DNA of 46,188 bases, the filler included, from Sphacelaria rigidula (taxonomy: Eukaryota): NCBI GenBank assembly GCA_964200075.2. It is 2 parts of 2 records of this genome, joined end to end, with 100 filler letters (N's around TTAATTAATTAA, not from the genome) between each part and the next. Parts side by side here need not be neighbours in the genome. Positions count along the whole stretch, not along the records: positions 1 to 23,046 come from CAXNAA020000289.1; positions 23,147 to 46,188 come from CAXNAA020000290.1. One strand, given 5' to 3'. Made by a program: the position numbers and the translations under genes. Within the stretch, counting starts at the first letter, position 1; every line of letters starts with the position of its first letter. A model generated the notes under the pieces. The model saw only the letters and a list, made by a program, of their open reading frames with translations. It was not told the DNA's origin and made no database searches. Below, piece after piece: positions 13,037-24,158 of the stretch.

Positions 13037-13884
13037 TTGAGTTCACCCAAGGAAGATGTTTCCATACTAAAACCAAGCAGTCGTAAGTTTGCACGTTTCA
13101 AGCTCAAAACACCGCACAGATGCGCAAAACTTCACGCCGTTTCTAGGAGTTCGACCCTGAAACTTCGCGCAATTGCGTGTGTGTTGTCGTCCCATCTATT
13201 CTGGAGGCCGGCCTACACCTTTCGGCGTATGTGGGCGCACCAGCCGGGGTCACACAGGAGGAAGACCAACACAGGAGCTTTTCTTTGTTTTAGTTCTCCT
13301 TCCTCCTGTGGTGCTTGCCTCTAGTTTTTCATCGCGAGAGGGGTTCAGCAGTCCCTTCCCCTCGTCGACTATTGAGTCGAATTTTGTGAACCCACGGCAT
13401 ACTTGATACCTCACAACCCCTTCGATATCAGTTTCAGTATAGAGCGCAACTCATCATCATTGAGTGATCGAGTAGACGGGGTTGTAGGGTAGGTATTATC
13501 AAAATGAGCGACTCTACTGGACGCACATGTGACTCCTCCATGGGAGAGTCAGCGGTGGAAACAGTGCAAGACGCGGAATCATCGGAGCAGTCGCCAGAGG
13601 AAGGAATAGAGAAAGACGCGATGGGGTCAGGAGTGATGAACCTGACCCCAAAGAGGCTCCGGCGGTCCGCGTTGTAGAGGTGGCCCATTTGGCTTTGATC
13701 CAAATGTTTTCTTGAATATGCATCCGAATCTTTGTTGAAGTTTGATCGGGAATCAGCGCTAATCATGGGTGTGCAACTCGGGGAATACGTCGGTGTTTAC
13801 CCTACCCGAGTTTGAGTATCTTGCGTACGAACTTGAATACCAAAGTTAAAGTTATACCCAAGGTTTTGGTACATCGGGTCCGGC

Positions 13885-14470
13885 CTCAGATACTCTACCC
13901 AACTTCCGGGTAGATTGGGTATGACCTCAAATACTCTACTCAAAATTTGAGTAGATTGAGTATGGCTTCAAATACCGTGCTCGATTTTTGAGTGGATCGA
14001 GTACGGTCTCAAATACTCTACTCAATTTTTGGGTAGATCGAGTATGACCTCAAATGCTCTACTCAATTTTCGGGTAGATCGAGTACGACCTCGAATACTC
14101 TACTCAAATATTGAGTAAGCACTCTCGGTAATACTTGAGTATAGAGTATTACTTGGGTATGACCTCAATACTCCACTCAAATTTCGAGTAGGTCGAGTGC
14201 GGCCTCATACACTCTACTCAAAATTTGAGTAGATCGAGTACGACCTCCAATATTCTACTCAAATACTGAGTAAACACTTTCAGTGATACTTGAGTATAGA
14301 GTATCACGTGGGTATGACTTCAGTACTCTACTCAAAGTTTGGGTAGGTTACGTATGATCTCAAATATTGAACTCGAACTTTGGGTAGATTGAGTACGACC
14401 TACAATACTGTACTCAAAATTTGAGTACAAAAATTATGACTCTTCGAAAATACTGAGTATTGAGTATACT
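13885..14470. repeat. Minisatellite, about 41-bp unit with internal hairpin, about 12 copies including two about 74-bp variants
   Basis: Consensus is approximately CTCAAATACTCTACTCAAAATTTGAGTAGATCGAGTATGAC. Each unit holds the inverted repeat CTACTCAA-(A/T)3-TTGAGTAG. Confidence 0.9.
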
Positions 14471-14617
14471 CCATTCGACCTGCCCTTGAATAGATCTATC
14501 CCTGCAAGGCTATTCTGGTCTTTTTACCCCAGGAGCGGTTGCACATCGTTGGAGGGTTATCGAAGTCAGTTCACAATATTCTTATTGTATCCATGGGCTC
14601 AAAATGGCCACTGGCAC

Positions 14618-15373
14618 TTAACCCTCAGACAGCGACCCCCCCGCACGTGGACGGAGATGGGCTATGCCACAGTTGGGGTTCACAACGGCTCATTTTTTCG
14701 CTACGCAAAACGCCTTTTGACATCAACATGTGGATGTTGGGCATCTACATAATTGGGAATAGTCCCGGAGAACCCCTGACCGGTTTTGACCCTGCAGTGT
14801 ATTGCGTACAGTCAGTACAGTATGTGTGCTGTCTACCTTCGCTGGATACAACGTCAAGAAACAGCCACCGTGCCATCGTTCTTCACGGAACACAGTCTAC
14901 TGCATGCTGCTGATGTCCCTGCTCAGTGCTCCACAACAACACTGCAGACGGTGTAAATCTATGCTGGCAACATATGAGGGATCAGGCAGGCGTCAAAGAC
15001 CATGGCCAGAGTGAAAAATACGTTTTTGTACCCATGTAATCTATGGTTGAATTGTCATGACCGACATGAGAAACACGGCTAGGCAGCGAAGTAGTCCACC
15101 TGTAGTCCACCTGTAGGGTAACGAAGTGACCATTTTGATAGCCGTGATTCGTCAGAATGGTCGCTCCGCTCCTCTCGGGCATCGTCCCTGCCTTATAATA
15201 TGCCGTGGAAAACTTCTAAACAAACATGGTTGACTTGGTGAGCTTTTCAACTGTTCTGCGAACAGGCCCCACCCGCCCGTCAAAAACCTCCTCCCCGCCC
15301 CCTATTCCCGGATGTATCTGGACTGTTAGCCTACGAAACTGTTCCGAGGCGACACTCGCTGTCTAAGGGTTGA
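14618..15373 (+). mobile_element. piggyBac-like non-autonomous element (family A), about 750 bp, apparently complete
   Basis: TTAA|CCCTCAGACAGCGA (14622) ... TCGCTGTCTAAGGG|TTGA (15369), a 13/14 TIR match. The interior is homologous to the reverse complement of 36068-36670 and 39230-39287. Confidence 0.8.
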
Positions 15374-16506
15374 CAATCGCAGCTCCAATCTAGCAGCTTC
15401 TGTATTGATTGGTACGGGTCGCTATGTTTACTGTATAATATAATGAAGCTGACGTCAGCCGTTTTTTTGTTATTTTCCATGATTATCGTACGGATTCTGT
15501 TCCGCATTGTTCTCAAAGTACCAAGACACAAGCGCCGAGGTATGCCGTCTAAAGAAAGCGACGTCAAAACACAAGGGGTCGCACACTCGAGAGGGAGAAT
15601 CGACTAGTTGATCCATGTTGCGTGCTTAGTCATCTTCGCCGTTGTCCCCCAACGACTCTCTGTCGCGGTACTGAGTGTACCGCTCTGTGCCGCGAGATGC
15701 TATACGCCAGCCTTGGGCAGCCAGTGAACCTGTATTTTGTGCTATCGTACGGCGCCGATCGACCCGAGCCGTTGGAATGACGGCACGATAGCAAGCAGCA
15801 GTAGCACTGCCGTGTAACACAAGAGTGGGTTAACCCGTTCCAAGTTTCTTTCCCACGATTGTGTTCCGTCCAGGTAGCATGACACATACACGACGCAGAT
15901 GGTAGAACCACTTTGTTGCCTCTAGGCCCGTATCCAACGGCGCACTCTCTGTAAAGCAAACAAGCCCGGATGGAAAGTACATCGCTAGTTCTGGCCAGTA
16001 CAACCCCACAACGGGCACGGCGACACTCAAAGCAAACGTTGTGTACACCTCCGCGCGCACAAATATACGACAGCACTTGTGCAGAGACCCTACCCTGGAT
16101 ATCATACTAACCTGTTACTGTACTGTATTGCGGGTGCGGGTCCCAGAAGTCGAGCAAAAACATGTGCAACGGACTGCATACTACACTCAAGTTTGTATCA
16201 TATAATGCGCGACATTCGTATTGCGGCACTCGTCGAAAGGGTGCAGCAAGTTATTTGAAAACTGTACGTCATTGTTTGACCCGTAACTATGAAGGTACCG
16301 CCGACAGTTTGTTGCGGGATATTTTCAAGGCATTTCTGTCTTGCCAACTTTGCCTTTGCATGGCAGCTGTCCCGACCGTCAGTATAGTGAGTAGAGTGCA
16401 GTGGCATAGAAAACACAGCGTATGCGTGAAGCAGCAATATAGACGCACTCGGAACATCGCGCGCATGCATGCGCATCACTGCCGACAAGTCATTTGCCGC
16501 GATTCA

Positions 16507-16870
16507 TACAGTGCCGGCCCGCTCATGAGAAACAGGTATTTTGAGCGGGGCTCAAAATCTGACTTTGGCAACCAAAATGAGAGTCATTTTCTTTTCAACA
16601 TTCGTCATGCCTGGCCAAGAAAATTGCATCTATTTATGATATTTGGTCATTCCTTAGTCCCAGCCCAGCAATTGCGTTATATTTCCTATCCCAGTTATTC
16701 TTCAAACGTACGAACTTTCGTTGTACAATGTCGTTTGATTTCCTACCGCTCTATTTCTCATCATGTCCCATCTTCTGAGCTCAACTGCGTACGGTAAATT
16801 TCTTAGTTTTTCGAAAATCTGAGGCTCAATTTCAAAAAATGACGTTTCTTATGAGCGGGCCGGCACTGTA
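16507..16870. mobile_element. Tc1/mariner-type MITE, 360 bp, TA target duplication
   Basis: TA|CAGTGCCGGCCCGCTCATGAGAAAC ... GTTTCTTATGAGCGGGCCGGCACTG|TA. The TIR is 25 bp with 1 mismatch. CAGTG termini with TA flanks are typical of Tc1/mariner. Confidence 0.88.
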
Positions 16871-17124
16871 ACGTGATCACGCACACAAGATGAAATGTGG
16901 ATTTTAAATCATGGGAAAGGTATAGTTCAGATATTCGTGTGTCTGCGCATCGTTCGTGCATTAGCTACCGGTCACGGCGCTCTTACATCTTGTTTCGGAG
17001 GTCTCGGTGAAAACATCTGGAACTAAAAATATCTCGAACGGAACGAGGTGGAAACTCGTGAAACGTACACTGTGGTGCCTCGGAACGTCTTGACCTGTTC
17101 CGTATGCCGTTCGCTTTCGCTCAG

Positions 17125-20100
17125 GTACCGCCAAACTTGCCTATGGTCGGACCTTGGGACAAGCTGACGGATGCGGTCGTGAGGATTAACGGCTTGAATC
17201 CTGGCATGGTAAGAGCGCCAAGATATTCGAGCAGCAGTCAACTTGGGCAAATATTTGTCTCAATTTAGGATAGTATCGTGCCGCAAGTTGGGAGTGAGCC
17301 GCAGGGGGGGAAGGGATACATTTGTCATACAAATATGTATGGAGTGCTCGCAGCACAAGATAAACATTTGCTAGAGGTGAAACGAGCACTCGTACCTGCG
17401 GCAGGCTTACTTCGTTTCTGAAGGGAATATTTAGTTCACGAAGCCGAGCGGTGTGCGTCGCCGTAGCCGCCGAGATAAGGTGTTGTTCAAGACGTCGAGG
17501 GGCGTGCGTCTCAGTACCCGTCGAAACGATAGGTTGTTAAAGAGGATGGGCACTGTGCCATGCCCCCGAAATACTGATGTGCACCTGTTCTTTCACGTTA
17601 TAGTCCAGTTGGGGTGTGTGTGCCGGGGGTGGAGTGGGTGGGGTGTACTCATGATCTTGCATGCCATAGTCTTATGACCATTGACCTCGCATTCCTACAA
17701 AGCCGGGGCGGAGCATGCTGAGTTTTCGCCGGACCAGGCTTACAATTAATCACCAAGGGCGGAAGCCCGTGATGTGTTTGGCGAGTCGCATGAGGGGTGA
17801 GCTGCATCCCATTAAGAATTTTTGGCTGGAAGCGTACTGCTTATCTCGCATTTGGATGGCAGCCTACAATGAGTTTTCTATTTTCTGGTATCGCCACTCA
17901 CAGAGACAGCCACGGGTTCCACACTGCTTCATGGGTGTCTCACCGTTTAAAGCACTGCGTAGCATGACCATCTCCTTCGTGCGGTTTTGAGGTTCTCCAC
18001 AATACGATCTAGCTCGACCATCGTCATGGTCACCCCCCGTATCCTGGTTGCCTAGCTTACGCAGTGAGTGGCGTGTTCTACAGTGTCGTTGCCAATCGCC
18101 GTCAAGACTCAGAAGGGGGGGGGGAGGAAGGGATCTGCCCTCACACCCCGAAGCTACCACCAGAAATGCTCTGTCAGCCATACACGTTCCCAAACATGCG
18201 CCGGACATATTCCCGTACATGAAAAGAGTATAGAGCACACGCGCAGTGTCAGATACTGCAGAGTTCGCCGGTTAATACTGTTCACAGGACTGCAGCACCA
18301 TGTAGATAGACTGTACGACGAGAGATACAATCAGTACCGTACGTTACAGCAGTGACGTACAAGCACTCCGCGATCATCTCAACAGTGCTGTGCATGCACC
18401 CAGCTGTGCACGGTTATCCTAACACCGCTGTATTGCACCTCTCACAGGGAGTACAATACTGGGTTCTACGGCATGGTGCCTGCAAGAGACGGCACTACAG
18501 AACGGAACAGCCAACACGTATGTGTCGCACATGTTACAAACTGGAGTACCGCGTGCGTGCTATGTATCATGACGTCAGCGGCATTTCTGCTGCCGCTGCA
18601 GTGAAACCTTGTCAATCTCTCTCCGAACTGCTGAAATACTTGCGTTTCGTCCCCTGAGAGGCACTCCTAGCAGCAGATATGTTCGACTCTTTGACAGGAA
18701 TGCTTTTCACCGGGGCTGCAAAGTTGGGGTGGTGATATCGAGCGACTCCTGCTGGGGGGGAAGCAACTCTTTTGGTGGGGCCTCGAAAAAAGGCCGGTTT
18801 GTGTGTTGTATAGCAGCGGGGTTCCTCTGAAGAAGAAAAAAACGTTCGGGAAAAGAGTACGATGGGCCCGAGTTTTGCCACTAATTGTCCGAACCTCGCT
18901 TATATCACGGGACAGAGGGAGTAGTTACTCAAAGCCTGAAAGAAGGTACGGGATCAGCACATCTCTCTCCGAACTACGAAGTCATACTGAGTATTCCAGA
19001 TCATCATCAAAATTGCACCTGAGCTTCTGTATCCTTCCGATGGGGTACAAAGAAGCCGGAAAATTCCAGGATCAGGGGATAATAACGCACCATCCCCGCC
19101 TATGTATGTGTGTGTGTTTTTTCAATTCCAATGTGTTGTGAGGAACGCGTATCGCTAGAGTAGTCAGAGACCTACGAGGCAGACTGCCGTCCTGATGCCG
19201 AAAGAACTCCGAGGTTGGCAATGATTTCCTCTTGTATATGTTGTCAAGAAGTGGTCGCCAAGGGCTACCAGTTCCTCGGGGGATGTTGGACCGTCCTAAT
19301 ATGAGGCTCTTCCTGGAATCCCCCCGAGTTGTCTTGTTTCGTTGGCATTACAGGGTCCTCGGTAATCTGGTCCTTCCGGACCGTTCCTACCTTGTCCCTG
19401 CTTGCGCTGGTTCTTCATATATATGTGGCATCAGTCTCTGATATGTCACTGCAAAGAGGTGTCTTCAACAGTGTTACCTGATCATATACAAAAGTTGTTT
19501 CACCGTCGACAGTGCCCAAATGGCCTGTTTTTGACTATATAACACAAACCTTGCTTACATTCTGGACATCGGAGCCTCGCTTACATTACGGGACAGAGGG
19601 AGTACGTGATAGGTTGCGGAATATCCGCGCGTATGTGTGTCCTACCTTACAGAAGAGACGGCGAACCACCACGGTCTGTCGAGGACTCATGGCCTTTATA
19701 CGTAGTATTACATCGGCTTCACCTGGCGTAAAATCTGTGCGATGTATATGTACAGCATGTGTCGCAACTCGAGTAGATTTCTGAGCGGCTATTTTTCCAT
19801 AGCAACCATGCAGTAGACAGCATCGAGGGACGGACAGCACAGCGTGTGGCACTACTCTTTTGAAATTGTTGCCATTCTCAGTCTGTTGCACCATTTCCTG
19901 TTTTGTGTCCCTCTTGCGGAGCTTGATCAGAAGTTTTCGCTCAATTGTATGCGCACACCGTCTATCATGCCCAACAAAACCACACTGATCCACGATTACG
20001 TTGCTTAACGCCTCTCCGGGGTCACCCTTCATTCCCCGCTGCTGTGCCCCGTATAGCACACCCTGCAGGGAACGAACTGCTATCTTGTCGGCAGTGGTCC

Positions 20101-21698
20101 GAAGAGAATACTGGTTGATACGGGCGAGGGCATCAATGGCTTTGTTGACTTACTACTGGTGAGGGTCCTACAACGTGCTCGCACGGACTGCCACGGTGAC
20201 AAACTTGTATCAGAGCAAGACGTAGCGAAACAACAGTGGTGGGAATTTTGTAAATTTGGTTGGGCACGTTAGCAAAGCGCGCAAATCAGGTATTACCGGG
20301 CGACACTCCTAAAAACCGAGAACAAGGTAGCATACCCTGGAAAATAGAGTACATTGTCAAAAACTGTACTGCGTACAGTATGGGATCTATTGTGTCGATT
20401 GATTAGACAGTAGATTCTACACTGTACGCAGTATGCGTTTTGATGATGTAATGTATTGCCCAGGGCGTGCAAAGCGGCCATATCTGGAGGTGTCGCCATG
20501 TTTCGACATTGAACCTGCTGTTGTGGTGGACTTCACGAGTTCTCGAGTTTCAAAGAAACGAAGATGCTAGGATTTCAAATCAATCAATGCGTAATCTCTT
20601 GCGATTTCTCTAGCGTTGAATATGATACAGTCCATGCCACCAGTAGTTCGCCTTGGCACAATATGGCAAGAAAAAACAACAACAGAATTGTGTACTAGAT
20701 GAGCGACATATATCGCCGTTGCCATAGACGGCACTTGGTAAGCGCAAAGCGCTGTATTGAGTAGTTTGTAACGCAGTTAGTTGCACAGGTATGTGGCCGG
20801 GTAGCTGGTTGCACGCCCCTCATTGCACGAGCTTCACTTACGATGAATAACACCCCCCGCACTCCTCACCGCATGGCACACGATTGCGCGTATTCGTGTA
20901 GGAAGTGATGCGAGAGGTTGGATGCAAAGAAGTCAGCGCCATCTTGCTCACGCACTGGCACACGGACCACACCGGGGGCGTCCTGGATATATGCAAGGCG
21001 CTCGGCAACGCTGACATCCCTATCTTCAAGAGGGTGAGTAGACTTGCGATCTTTTGGAGTCAATGTACTCTGCAAAGTGCGGTAGTAGTTCGATTTCGGG
21101 ACTATTTTGTCCCAGTACAGCACTCGGCAGTCGAAGGCCTGCCGGCGAGTGTTGGTACACTCTCTTGATGAAAGCGACGTCGTGTACCCACCTGAAATAT
21201 CTGTCGTGATCGGAGGTACCGATGCCACCCCGTGTTTTGACGCCGGACGCACGGGTCCGTGTGGGGAAGTTGCCAGACGATTCCCAACCGTAAATGGCTT
21301 ATGCATACTGTAACGTAGAGAACGCGGATTCGTTCGCAGATTTGTTGTTCGGATCGTGGTGCCGTCGTATATCGTGTCGCCCAGGGTACTAGTTCTTGTT
21401 CTGCCTCTTTGTTCACGTTTCGATGTGTGCTGATGCATGTCGACGTCGAGAGTAGAGTGCGCCGAAGCGCCCGACGGACCGTCGCGGTGGTCCTATTTTC
21501 ACTTCTTGATCGTTGCTACTACTTTTTTCGCGTCGGGGAATTCCAACAAATGTTGAGGTACACACAAGAGCTGAAAAGTTCAAGTACAAAGGGATCGAGG
21601 ACAGACAGGTGTTCGCCACGACGGGCGCTACGCTGGAGGCGATTCACACACCCGGACACACCGTCGACCACGTGTCTTTCGTTCTCAAAGAAGAGCAG
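17125..21698 (+). CDS. LACTB2: LACTB2-like metallo-beta-lactamase-fold protein (endoribonuclease LACTB2 family), internal exons only
   Basis: Phase-0 exons: 17125-17208 (VPPNLPMVGPWDKLTDAVVRINGLNPGM), 20057-20158 (HTLQGTNCYLVGSGPKRILVDTGEG...), 20902-21033 (...ILLTHWHTDHTGGV..., the HxHxDH metal motif) and 21558-21698 (...TGATLEAIHTPGHTVDHVSFVLKEEQ). They join to the LACTB2 signature NPGxxTLQGTNxYLVG. The start exon and the C-terminal exons (FSGD/YPGHG motifs) were not found. Confidence 0.9.
17633..17959 (-). repeat. Dispersed repeat, copy 2 (in LACTB2 intron)
   Basis: Reverse-complement homology to 9296-9620. Confidence 0.8.
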
Positions 21699-23046
21699 GT
21701 GAGACTCGAAATGTAGCTATGGGATAGCCGCATTTGCTTGTGCATACCGGAAGCTGATGCCACAACACACACGAGCGATCAGGAGGCCCCCGTGTCGCGC
21801 GAAGACCATTCCGACGGTGACATGGGGCGGGCCAGCCCGAAAGGGTACGTCTCGCCCGTATTTCTGTCATCTCGTGACCCTAGACATCAGCCTGCGTTAC
21901 CAATAGAGAACACGATATTACGAGGCCGGTAACATGAGCTGGTCACAACTCGTCTGGCCTCATTTTCCCTCCGACATAGTACGACGAAAAGTGACCCATG
22001 CCCAGGCTACCACTGGGCATCAGAAAGCGAACAGCGATCATTAGCAAGAGAAGCTGGATACACTCCCTCTTCGGCAGCTTCCACATTCTTACCTTAGAGT
22101 ACGTTAGCGTGCTGCTTATCGCTATCTTCGAATCATTCGGGATGGTTCGGTAGGTAAAGTCCATCCGCGAGCGGTCCCATGTCCTTGCAATGGCAAACAC
22201 AGTAAGCCTTTGCGCCCCAGTGCGTGTTTGTGCTACGAAAATTCAGCGTTGATGCTGTTCTTTTTCTATTTTCCGGTGGTGCTAAACCTATCATATCAGC
22301 AGAGTGTGGAGCGATCAAGTGCCCAGCGACCAAAAATGGGCAATTTTTTATTTCATACCGGAAAGGCGTGCCGAGGCGAGAATATGCCCCATATTGTACT
22401 ACAACTTCTACAGAGGCAACTATGGCGCGGATGTTGTGGTTGAACGGCCTCGGTCTTCCTCTTCACTTCATGTGTTTTTTTGTTTGATCGTCGCACTTTA
22501 CCTGACCCCCCAGGGATCCAGCCGTGGTCGCATAGTAGACGTACCCAAGACACAACAAAAGTGAAGCACTCCCTGAAGTAAAAGAAGAATCAGAAAGAAA
22601 TAGAACAGGACGACATGGTAGACTAAGACGTACAAAGAAGAAAAAAATAACAGAAAAAATCAATAAAGAAAAAGAAAGCACAGAAAGACATGGCCAGTCT
22701 CTGCCGCAGGGCTTCGGCGTACAAAGTCTTGCGCAGAAGCACACTCATATCCAGTCGTAGAGGACAAAAGGCCGTGGAAACGAAACGATTGCAGCTCATC
22801 TACTGCAAGCGCTCTATTTAGGGTATGGGCCTGCTCATCTACGAGGAAACACAATGAAGCGAGGTACCGCATAAAATTGAATACAGTTTAGAAAAAGGCT
22901 TCATCTTGTCGTGCGAGCATCTATCATCTAGTTTTGGACTACGGTATAAGCATCGACGAATCCGCGTTGACTACCCCCCCCCCCCCCCTGAGCGATAGAG
23001 TACCAAAGCCGAAGGCGCAATGGACATGGTCGAGGCAATGCAAAAG

Positions 23047-23146
23047 NNNNNNNNNNNNNNNNNNNNNNNNNNNNNNNNNNNNNNNNNNNNTTAATTAATT
23101 AANNNNNNNNNNNNNNNNNNNNNNNNNNNNNNNNNNNNNNNNNNNN
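23047..23146. other. Artificial contig-joining spacer (N44-TTAATTAATTAA-N44)
   Basis: Exactly 100 nt and symmetric. The central 12-mer puts stop codons in all six frames. Confidence 0.95.
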
Positions 23147-24158
23147 TCGACTCATCATACTAAAACCAAGTAATTTTCGGACGAATAATTATTTGTCCGA
23201 CCCTTGGAATTTTCCCTCGTGGATCCCGAGCTGACTTGTCTACTAAACCCAAGTGAGCAGGCCGTGAATCTAAAAACTACCCCATCCCACAATCCACCTC
23301 GTAACTATAACCCCCTCCTTGCACGTGCACACAGGGATAGATGCGAACATGTTTGGTGCGGTTACGGTGAGGGGACAGGATCGGGCCTGTCGCTGTTTGC
23401 TTTATCCAATAAAACCAGCGTAATCATATCTCCATCTCTCCCCAAGATAAACTTAATCCTTGTGAGGTTTAGCAAGTGTAGGGATACTAACTTTTGGTTC
23501 GAGAAGGATAAATATAGCCAAGTATGGACTTCGGACGAGACATATACATATGTATATGTATGTATACGTATTGACAGGTAACAACAGGTACGGTCTTTCA
23601 TAACTCGAGAGCGCGCAATGAGAACAGCATCAACAATCAACATATAAAACAGTACAGAAAACAGCAAATGTTGGTCCAGAGAGGATTTGCATGTAAACAA
23701 CGTGAAGTAAAAATGACACGACAGCGTCGGCAACAAAGACACCAGGCCATGAGAGAGCTTTGTTGGGGGCGTGTATGGTCCGCTGAATACAAGATCTCAA
23801 GAATATGAATGACGAATACTGGACAAGCAAGACGTTGACCCCATGCATGAACTTGCAACGATCAATACGCCAGCTTCGCTTCTCGCCTCTCGTCATCGTG
23901 CACGGTCGCCCGACAACCATTAGTACTATTGATAGCTACCCTTTACTTGAAACTCAACACGACACTCATATTATTCAGCACGGGCAGTCAGTGACCGCCC
24001 GAGCAACCACCCAAAATCTTTCCACCACGTGAATGGCGGGCCGAAAGCATGTCACTTAACAGGTGGGCTTCAAGTGCTGCACACGCCAAGCGTTCATTGT
24101 ATGCGTCACAATTTCATCCATGACTTTGATCAGCGCGTGAAACGTTCAGTCACTCCAC

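Noticed and set aside
12333-13094. 253-aa and 170-aa ORFs
   Set aside because: They read through an N gap, have no recognisable motifs and lie in probable repeat DNA.
13885-14470. CRISPR array
   Set aside because: Units are contiguous degenerate tandem copies with no unique spacers. There are no cas genes and the context is a spliceosomal eukaryotic genome.
12448-15539. Candidate first exons of LACTB2 (MSSAYLSADD... at 12448; MKLTSAVFLLFS... near 15443)
   Set aside because: Neither has homology support or an unambiguous phase-compatible donor, so they cannot be assigned without transcripts.
16162-16797. 211-aa ORF
   Set aside because: It crosses the boundary of a MITE and shows no protein-like features.
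23091-23102. TTAATTAATTAA as a biological motif (piggyBac target or regulatory site)
   Set aside because: It is centred in exactly 44+44 N, i.e. a synthetic six-frame-stop linker.
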